Shown in pieces: positions 42,601-49,500 of a stretch of 64,000 nt of DNA. The stretch lies in the IMG/VR virus record IMGVR_UViG_3300024346_008124, positions 15,098 to 79,097 of that record; one strand, 5' to 3'. A program made the position numbers and the translations under genes. Positions within the stretch are counted from its first letter, which is position 1, and every line of letters begins with the position of its first letter. The notes under the pieces are model-generated. The model saw only the letters and a program-made list of their open reading frames with translations. It did not search any database and was not told the origin of the DNA. Source of the stretch: a virus.

Positions 42601-43520
42601 CTAGCCATGTAGGAATCTGAAGCGTAAGACAACAATATAGCATCTGTACAATCTTTTCCAGCAGAGCTAGAAGGGGTAAGATCAAAAACGAAAAAACCGC
42701 TGTAAGTTTCACTACCTCCCCCGGAAAAACAATAATGAGTTCCCGTTACAGGAATACTGACCTGCGTGTTTGCACAACCTCCACCAGTACAAGAACAAGC
42801 GTTCTGAACCTTGGTTCCAGTTATAGTACCTCCCCAGCCGCCATCGTTTGGTACAACTGCGTTTAGCGTCCAAGTCGAGGTTGAGGGGGTGTATGTTACT
42901 GTGATGTCTCCAGTAGGACTAGATCCTTCAAAGTTTGAGGCCCACGATCCGCTTGATGTCCAACTAGCAGTCCCCGTTCCGTCATCAGTACCAGTCCCCG
43001 GATCTTTTCCGCCCGCTCCGGGGGCAAACTGCTCTACGTTAAAAAATTGCCTCAAAGCCTGTGGGCGATCTCTTCGTCCGTCTGTAGATGGTCCAGCAAG
43101 CACTATATCTTTTCTGTGGATGTCTGTATATTCATCCTGAGCAACAAACGCTATATCATCTAGAATTTTAATATCGTTAGGAGTCCAAGTATCAGTAAAC
43201 TCTACTTTTCTTCTACCGCCCGCTATGTCTGTAGCAAACCCTAGCGAATCATCTGCATTAACTCTCGATCTTGAGGGAATCTGCTCCATAGTGCTAAATT
43301 TTAAAGATGTAGGCTGGGAGTCATCAAACCTAGCAAAGTTTTTAGCTTCTATAGAATTGGCAATACTTTCCCAATTGGTAAAGTGTTCTATGCCTTGGGC
43401 GGTAGTTTTAATCCCTAAAGGCATAGCTTTATTCTGACCATCTTTAACTCCATCCGAATCGGACTTCATAAATAAAGATGTTCCTTGCTGATTTTTATTT
43501 GATTTAAAATAATCTTGCAT
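33639..43520 (-). CDS. giant tail/adhesin protein (3293 aa) with FG-GAP-like propeller repeats and short beta-repeat arrays
   Basis: RFGSSMDL, SFGKSVAI, GFGYPVKIF..LVGA..GAVYIY, LFGYDFD..LVVSEPG..AGKVY, SFGSNVV; arrays of ~15-17 aa units ending L(F/Y)x; directly downstream of the TMP. Confidence 0.7.
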   Translation of the reverse strand: MQDYFKSNKNQQGTSLFMKSDSDGVKDGQNKAMPLGIKTTAQGIEHFTNWESIANSIEAKNFARFDDSQPTSLKFSTMEQIPSRSRVNADDSLGFATDIAGGRRKVEFTDTWTPNDIKILDDIAFVAQDEYTDIHRKDIVLAGPSTDGRRDRPQALRQFFNVEQFAPGAGGKDPGTGTDDGTGTASWTSSGSWASNFEGSSPTGDITVTYTPSTSTWTLNAVVPNDGGWGGTITGTKVQNACSCTGGGCANTQVSIPVTGTHYCFSGGGSETYSGFFVFDLTPSSSAGKDCTDAILLSYASDSYMASGGCSIGFLNVSSETYNGYVPSGGGGSGTEAGDDAVITSIRRVGTLGFETQALHFDFDKVYSTDSESFTDEPDAHNFTSDFDSYSSAIVKVTLAKNGTGESKLPKNMYFMFGGAVEGGAEFTAKNSSGQTETIKRDYLNSKDIEFYDPVRKIGQTNPSPRITNCKLKNFRDWKQAGYPEVTGFNRAINEQFEGDQDLKFLNDRIVGYYYLVIGQPENIRTINGKRLIKESVKVGIQFSIQDNWGQNETFDGIFDDFETFKNTTDGAENGVRSKSLEVHEVKIMKFQPVRKCGKVDIYARKRGIISSLVDNSASSTGHNLNTNDVIKISSAVFDGGQNGVADIHPLNGNKFIKRVDDNTFEIYDDQFFREPTSTLNLKTTDGVVWTCISNNFGSLGQSWDYYGTMFSPTGRNGYSHTDRLSTNFLAPKDSFFTSKRIKSFFESSSPASSEGTLSRKNNYTGKETSKTINLEMGKFSNYGSDGLGDSQFARAGIGPLGSWVNTNLGKDLEDNIPVVFSESYTTPIDDPKRGMQDFFPYNCQDDLSHFVLPDASKEGEDIRSPYPGMRFGSSMDLKFSHNSGTSKVYTLAVGERGSDVSVDLFGQIPQEQLFEKPSMRWNGSELQQTFKPKVLPYYLPYGRTHLISITIDQYGKISDIAHEDTVFGGGNSISNYGKNDTVGIEYNPWSTFESLYRVRNYRFYQDPAMGISDEGNSVAVSFANISDFNETLGTLARNSGGTKRLSSRYWLRSLLVHWDGQNIANRYSRQESAGGSNFNNVLDRNLVTDRKTIPSTSFFGESVLTRFGEGSGLKMIDRFGDPNDDLFGDPSVIQYWAVFPWVDSFGKSVAIKNDISLDLGDLDPTTYPAASPKTVILSASRSKSQVDMTNAAEQPVLASNANLTVEETTSELGQITAHFLYKDSSNVYRNVDYMPFNSGGSRGGRFATGEAIFKNSKPGTDFEIEYSKLMPGTAGGTGMAEVITSSELSCSKIIWNDDYIVWSEQNLAEGNSIIHLFTFDGKFKPSKSISKPFDLEKLDETVSSATYVGEGFGLDFKYQDKLFVSNALSQTDEGGNLIAGVSGLDGHFIDQLFVYEMLRNVSTFEESQKILPAIDDSREDYYSEYFKSAQYLLPYLIPIKNGFNHDNNSLSTSAWDIDLTNRYDLAGKKIILKDVLEYSVFDRDYSQNDSLSISEPYSARVPIYLGVSEDTSIKKLKSTTSLSYNYIPQSTTEYDCANSGGDVSEFRTNKTPLLFFNLPLDSLDMVEDVTINFDILEEDIFSAFETNSNSEDTNNIIPRLVLYSKDPRSTVIENGPATNGSGSTTYPRYENGLWSRPRWDAGPDNEYYSDMYPGYYRGGAQDLFFYGRLPGSFIKTGTMEFPERQTLGYLYGGNINLGEYYDLTAGSRGGGDAGDPAWIAPDVYQHLSAQERKHVLPYAKIFLPEANSTGYSVTLSAQDIRDFVIKGGLVKDAANDRPTTVAGSFNDTANIYEGAENITYTLAVGFVLTNVESFDITTGQTQHEEPSLNFDVGPIRYIHAADANGRNFPDARYPYAFDVNFYKETANGAEVEYTDLGLNQLNYELRAKVRNLDASISKKRLVSRRYRNAFHKIAVFRYDEEERDSVREVYVDGGEVKIYSQFGANKLVPVPEANRDRFEGKELAYGFNDKRFGSTSLKKFNPIIAIGESFASSDSSSVKDGSFSKSLQVVNTESVFNSYRGTSSNIYLDSDTGNLEYVSPPTGYVIGESFYDSNTLFGGFDFQSPEYLSLFINSNPTEKGYIDLAIPKVHEIDNGDVDLVVTGFTELNNAASLWTGVHGFKRGKDLFLRALLDNKDMSLFTFEIAPSAVATLFTDAPDVTGDITLTIAPPVTASGNLFTVGPILNTGTIPLNIQSHANISKGATLSSSGMFFDDGFSNLYTVASVPENKFTTLTMNPINSGAMPLFIVKHPEATGVMNLSIASKASGVQGFNLFTGDQFDVHENFSDLFIKSQQFASGQATLYNEGLLDTANSNRDTNTTVAASLSSELFDRGGIFGEGKEDVISKTLSGRTYESNSVVCNPINQGLYTKNRMRYDRSSKDGLWFMSAALRSPVIVDGLESRDPALVNSTLGGQNLIKPFYEDNNRQDAVGAGNSTIKNEAYDLNDDYLAKACIIGKSIQLDMYTVNEDGSVSQQGEKNKNGIIRFYPADSAAQANEPTGGVLDAFYELRNDLYEQVKSIHDKEFAKSDIVLENSQISVNDLKLSLNNKCAISFRIRVDYRKDLTVYSTTFNVITIFRITGYQDLETGFSSSKDYSFLIFQETGEDTDKQNSGYNVAFDYQDLYFDRRGISQGSGGEVWRSLASDDYSTSERVVKFSDLSDSSYYATNAAYVVQEQRKTGFGYPVKIFDEHNTSNKIMLVGATLFDPYMFNTLEDSHTPNAMGAVYIYKRSAASQSWAYHGAVYSKGFTSDNILSNLSSYRGGQLSTGQSALFGYDFDYSEGVLVVSEPGGDGAEIVNAGKVYSFDISSTPSLVKSYSASDVSLPDGSNISSGDSFGSNVVILGKEDVLSWSDATLSQDIDLGFSKYQNDSTIYNLRNNSVFGLSYENSDGILSFVPSSIKSEINPYDAGGLSGFSEDNIYRWSRIVSIKKFKARSQDKLLVVREFSLKLNSGSASDVANKSIRVQKISVVNLDRSPNGTLFIKGPFSSSGSTSLYNLGFGPSGLAPLTMLSPRVPNSGLSPLFVNNLSFFKTMSLSTETVDNPYFTLNIDGIVSNFDGQANLFVRNRELNNNASLITIPSAASNIGNVSTFVQGSINVSDINNTTLFVGKEINSDSLSPLFLQTIPEGSNYTPGSLLYQNEASLSISGMFENTFASDVGFYLNAPDSASGVNAVSMVVKTLVPVVSDNGSFIESGSITMVMNGNNTGNVFTKVNQEVSLTISSNTIQSGVVPIFIQRPVANAASLFIDSRISSGVQDLYVDGANIHNSGMNLVTKTPESNNLNIFTRGFSE

Positions 43521-43531
43521 TTTATATCCTA

Positions 43532-46500
43532 TTAAGGTCTAGCCTCTGGGTTATCTAAAGCTTTCTTTACTTCATCTGCTACTAGTCCACCAATACTATC
43601 GGTTATTTGTTGAGCTATTGCACCACCATCTACGCCGGGAAGATTAATTTGACCATCAACTGTGACAGTATGCTGCATTTCAAAAAATCCAAATCTTTCA
43701 TTTAAACTTTCTAAGTTGGTAGAAAGCTTTGTTATGGATGCTGTAATTTTGTCAAAGGTTTGAGAAATTTGTGTTAAATCTATTCCCCCTGTGGCACTTC
43801 CTCCATCTTGAAGATACTGAGTACCTCCAACCATACCCCCTTTATTAAATCCTTTAACCTGACCGCGATTTAACGCCTTCATAGTGCCTACGCCGTGCTG
43901 TCTTACGGCTCCCGCACTCATTACAAACTCGCCCGGAGTTAACATAGCAGGAACTGTATCGCCGCCAGAAATACCTCCACCAGCAGCCCTAAACCTTGCC
44001 CCACCTCTGAATTGTTGCTGTTGTTGGTACTTCATGAATTTTTGATACTGCTGGAACTGCTGGAACTGCTGCATGGCTTGTGGAGAACCCATCATATTGG
44101 GGTTGTTTTTAAATGCCTGCGTTATACCTCTTCCCGTTCCAGCGCCCGCGCCGCCCGATGGCGTAAAGTTTTGAGACTTTGCGAATCTTTGCGCTGCTGC
44201 TGGGCCATTTGTTCTTAAAATTCTTTCGTATCTTGCTTGATTAGCTTGTTGGTCTGTTGTGCCGGATAATCCAGATTTTACTCCAGAAAGCCTTGCTGTT
44301 TTTCTACTGGCCGCCGTACTTGTATTTCTTTTTGCATCTTTTCTGGCTTTAAAAGCGTCTCTGTTTGTTTTTAATCTAGCGTTTTTAGCTGCCGCAACAG
44401 CATCGTCTAATGCGGAAGCGCCGCCTAAAGCGTCCGTATATGGATTAATATCGTCAGAACCATAAATAGTGGTAGCAGCCGTGGCAGCCGTGCTTTGAAA
44501 AGGGTCTTTAGGTTTTGGAGCGGCTTGCGCGTAAGTCGTTCCATATTTTGTCATCCGCTCGCGTTCTCTATACTGCTCGTAAGTTTCGTTTTTATTGATA
44601 AGACCAGCGTTTTTAGCAGCCCTAAAGTGCTTAGGAGAAAGAGCGCCAGTTCCTTCGTCCTTGGGCAAGGCTCCTAAAGCGTCTGTGCTTTGTCTAGTAG
44701 CCATTGGAGAAACTCTAAACTGATTAGAAACATTAGGCATATTAGCTGCCGCTGAAAATCTATCAAAAACCGGATCGCTTGGTTGGTTTAGTATTTTCTT
44801 ACGGTTTGGATCTATGGCGCCGGAACCCAATTTGCTATAGGTTTCAAATTCGCTACTAGAATCCGGCCTAGATACACCACCACGAAATTCGTCTCCAGCC
44901 TTTGCAGCTTTCACGAAAGACCCTCCATCTTTCAGAATTTGTTGGTTGTAAGCATCTGCCGCTTCCCGTCCTTCATTACCTAGAATTTCAAAGTATTTAA
45001 TTTGCTCTTTAGTCAAACCCTCACGATCTGCTTCTGATACCTTACGCCTACTTCCATCACTAAGATAACTAACCCCACTATTTATAGCAGCTAAAGTATC
45101 AGTACCTATCGCATCAACAGCCGACTTTCTAATAACAAACTCGCCCGGAGTCAACATGGCCGGAACTGTATCTGTTCCTTTTGGTTGGAATATGCTGCCG
45201 CCATTAGCTCTGTAAATCAAACCGCCTCTAGCTCTACCTTGAGGCTCAACAAGGGCTGGAGCAACATTTGCAGGATCAAGCCCCTGTTGGGCAGCCTGCA
45301 TCACTCCGCTGAGTTTATTAATTTCAAACGCTAAAAGCTCATTAGAATCAATAAGTTGTTGTTCTTTTGTCGTGGCAGTGGCGAGTTGTTCTGCTATTCT
45401 AGGATCAAGACCCATTTGAATAGCATCTCTAAACACCAATTCTTGTTTTATTTCTTTACCAGTAAATCCGCCCAAAAGCTCAACATCTCCAAGCTTGTCA
45501 AGGAAGCCTACAGTAGCAGACCTTTGCTCTTCTGTTTGGTTTTGTAGTGTACCGCTAGCAAAAGCTTTTCTTACACCAGTAGCCGCTTCCACAAGCGCTT
45601 TTCTTGTATCTTGACCACCAACAACAAACTCTTCTACAACAGCAGTAACAGCTTCTCTTTTTGCTCTTTCTTTTTCTATAGCCTCTGCGTTGCGCTCCAT
45701 TTCGGCAAACATATCATCTACTCTGCCGCTTTGGTCTGCAAGTCTTTCTAGTTCTTTATTTACAGCAGCAAGTTGTTTCAAAGTTTCAGACTGTTCTTTG
45801 GCGAGACCGGTTCTTAGTTTATCGTCTGTAGTTCCTCGTATTTTTGTTCCTTGCTGTTGAGATAAAGCGGATAGCCTTTGTCTTTCTCCTGTCAAGCCAC
45901 CAATATCACCAGCAGCCACCCCTACGCCAGCAGCAGTCAAATTGCCCTGAGCTTGTTGAACTCTTCTTGCTTCTTTAGCACTTCTATCTTGAACAGCAGC
46001 GTCACGACCAAGAGATTGATTAATAATATTTCTAGCTCTTATCTCTCTGTCAATAGCCTGTTCTTGTTGTTGGAATACAGCGTTTCTAAATTTAATTTCT
46101 TCTCCATACTGTCTTTTTACTTCATTTAAGTAAGACGTATATGCATTAAGATATTCTTGGTTACCTTTTGTTATTTCATCCGTTATTTTTTTGTTGGCTT
46201 CTGCTGATGCTTGTATTGGTTTTAATATATTATCTAATTCTTGTTGAGTTATTCCGCCCGCAGAAGCTTTTGCTATACCCCTTATTATATCCTCTTGCAC
46301 CTTTTCTGGTAGGAAGCTTAGATCGGGCAGCGCGCTTCCAAACTGATCTTCCATAATATCCATAAGGCTATCAATATCTGTGCCAGCGGCGCGAGACACA
46401 TCTACACTAGACCTGTTTAAAAGCCCAGTATCGGGAGCTTCAAAAACCTTTAAAGCTTCCGCAACTTGAATTTGTGTATCTATAGCCTTTTGCGCCTGAT

Positions 46501-49500
46501 CGCGCTCACCGGGATCTGAAATTCCAGAAATTGCCCCCTGAGCATCAGCGCTAAACTGGTTAAGATCAGTGGTCGCAGTAACAGCCTGCAATTTAGTAGC
46601 AGTCAATTTACTACCCTTTCCTTGAGCTATACCTGCTTGATCTTCAATACCTAGCCTGTCATCTATGAAGCCTTTCGTTCTGTCTGAAAAAGCCTGTAAA
46701 GCTTCGGCAGCTTCAAATAATCGCGTTCTTAAAGCTTCGGCAGCTTGAGCGGCAGCAATGTCTGCATCTCTTCTTTTTATAGCACTATTAACAGCCTCTT
46801 TTTCGCCATTTTCAATATTTCCTATTAATTTATTTCTTCCCTCTATTTCTCTATCTATAGCTTCTTGTAATTGATCCCGATCTTTCTGATCAGTAGATTC
46901 GTTCAGCTGCGATTTTAACTTAGCTTCTCTTAATATAGACTCATTTCGTATAGCAGATGTAGAAGCCTCTATCGCCTTTAAATAATCTTGATTAACCTTG
47001 AGGCCAGAACTACTAAGATCATCAAAGCTAGTTACACTAGTGTCACTAACATCTATGTTTTGCCGAGCTTCACCGAGCGTTTTAATAGACTCTGCTGTAT
47101 TTTTTGCCGCTGATTCCAGTGCTAAATTTAAATTTTTTAGCGAGGTTTGCAAAGCTAGTCTAAGCGTAGGCGGAATCAGTTCTAAATCTGAATCGTTTAG
47201 ATTCATAAGACGTTCTATATCTAGAATGGGATTTCCTTTACTATCCGTACTCCTATCTCCGGAAGCCTTGAGAAAAGATGGATCTATGTCCCTATTGAGA
47301 AGATTACCCTGAGCTTCCTTTGACGCCTTTAAGATATTGCTAAATAAATCATCAAACTGTTCTTGACCGCCGGGACTTCTGTTTGTAAAATCTTTTTGAG
47401 CTTGCAGTCTTTGAGAAACCCTTTCTTCTGGAGTTAAAGATTCCGCTAAGTCAATATCATTAAGACTACTTTCAAAACTCTTTAAAGACATAACCAAACT
47501 TTGTTGCGCTAAAAGTTGATAATTTAAAGCTTCGGTATTTTTTACTACCTGTGCTTCAAACGCCGCTGCAACTTCTGGATCATTTTGATAATCTGCAACA
47601 GCCTGTGCTACAAAATATGCATCTAAAGCAGGAGCAAAGGTTTTAAGCATGAAACTGCTACCGTCTTTGGCCGCCTGCTTTTCTCCCCGTGTTGCACCAG
47701 TCATATCCATAGCGGACGAAGCAAAACTACCGGGAAGCATACTAGCAAACGGAAGCGCCATTCCTGACATAAATTGTCTAGATTCTTCTTCTTTTCGTTC
47801 CTGATTAGCAATATTTTTAAGTATAGCAGATAAGCCTTCTCCAGTTTCTTGAAATGTTTCTATAAATTTTTGAGCAGCTTTTCCAAAATTATCTGCTTCT
47901 GCCTTCGCTCTAGCTGAAAAATAATACATAGCAATAGCAAAAGTGGCAGCTATGGCAACCACAGCCAAAAGACCAGCCGCAAGAGCGGCAGCCGCAATAG
48001 CAAGCGGACCCATCGCGGCAGTGACGAGAGAACTAGCACCAGCCTCTGCTGTATCTGCACCAGCGCTTAAAATAGAAGCCCCCGATTCAGTAATCGCGCT
48101 ACCTATTTGACTTACAAGAGCCGCCCCCATAAACACAAAACTAGCACCCACATCAACTAAAGTTCCAGTAATACCACCCACAACAGCGACCATAGTGGTG
48201 GTTTGAGTGATAGCCGTTTTTGTAGCCTCGTTCAGCCCAGACATTTGAGAAGTAACGCTGCCTACCATAGCGCCTAGAAAGAGCAAGCTTTGCGCTGATC
48301 CGGCAGCACTCTGAACAGCAGAAGCTCCTCTACTCACCCTTTGAGCGCCCCCTTGTAATGCTCCACCCACCCTTTGGCCGCGAGTCATAGCTGAACGATT
48401 TATCGCTGCTTGTTCTTTATCTCTAGCGGCATTGGATTCTCTTATTTCTTGAGCTTCTTTATCTAGCTGAATAGCGACATCTTTTATGTCCACATCCATT
48501 TTTTTCAGATCGCCATCTGTTCTTTTGACTGTTGTATCGGCTTTTTTAAACGTAGCTTCAAGCTGTTTAGCAATCTGATTTAATTTGGCTAATATTTTTT
48601 CAAAAACGCCCATTTGCTTTGTGGCAGCCTGTAGGCTTTTTGAGTCGATCATACCAGATCCGGCCAAGGCTTGTGTTGGAGAATATCTAGCCCCACCCGC
48701 GAGAGGTCCGTTGCCATAAAAATCTCTACCGGTAGTAACAACACCACCGGCGGCATAACCTTTTACGCCTTGCTCATTCATTCTTTTTAGATTGCCGTAG
48801 CCAATACTTTTTGATGCGCTTTTATTAAATACAAACTCGCCGGGAGTTAACATGGCAGGAACAGTATCAGAACCAGAGATACCGCCACCTTTATTCAAAC
48901 CTGCCATTTTTCTAACTTGTTGATTTGCACCCCTTGTGGCTACAGTACTGGACCCCGGACCCGATACTATGGAACGACTGTCCGCAGCGGTCATGCCAGA
49001 TATCTCTCTCTTTATAGCTCCAAGGATAGGGTCCAGAGCCTTATTAGCTTCTGCTATGGATTTTTTAGTTTCAAGATTTTTAACTTTCTTAATAAAGGTT
49101 TTTACATTGTCAGAAGTGAAAGAAGACTTAGCGTCAGTAGGTCTTGTTGCGACATCTTCAAGGTCAAAGTAGGAAGCTAACTTGCCACCAAGACCAGTAA
49201 GATAGTCCCAGTCAGAATTAGAGTCTTTGCCCGCCATAGGATCTTTATCTCCTACGCTTGTTAAAATCGCTTCAAATATATTACCTGTAACATTATCAAT
49301 ATTTGCACTTTTTAATATTTTTGCCACGTCACCAGAGCTAGCTCCAGACATTCTATTTGTTAAAGTTGAGCCTATATTATTAGCGCCTTTTAAAACGGTG
49401 TCTTCTACACCCCCCAGTATAATATCTTCTAAGCCTTCTGCTTTACTTTTTTCTAAAGATCCAGCCCTCAAAACAAAACCGGCCTGTGCAGTTTGACTCT

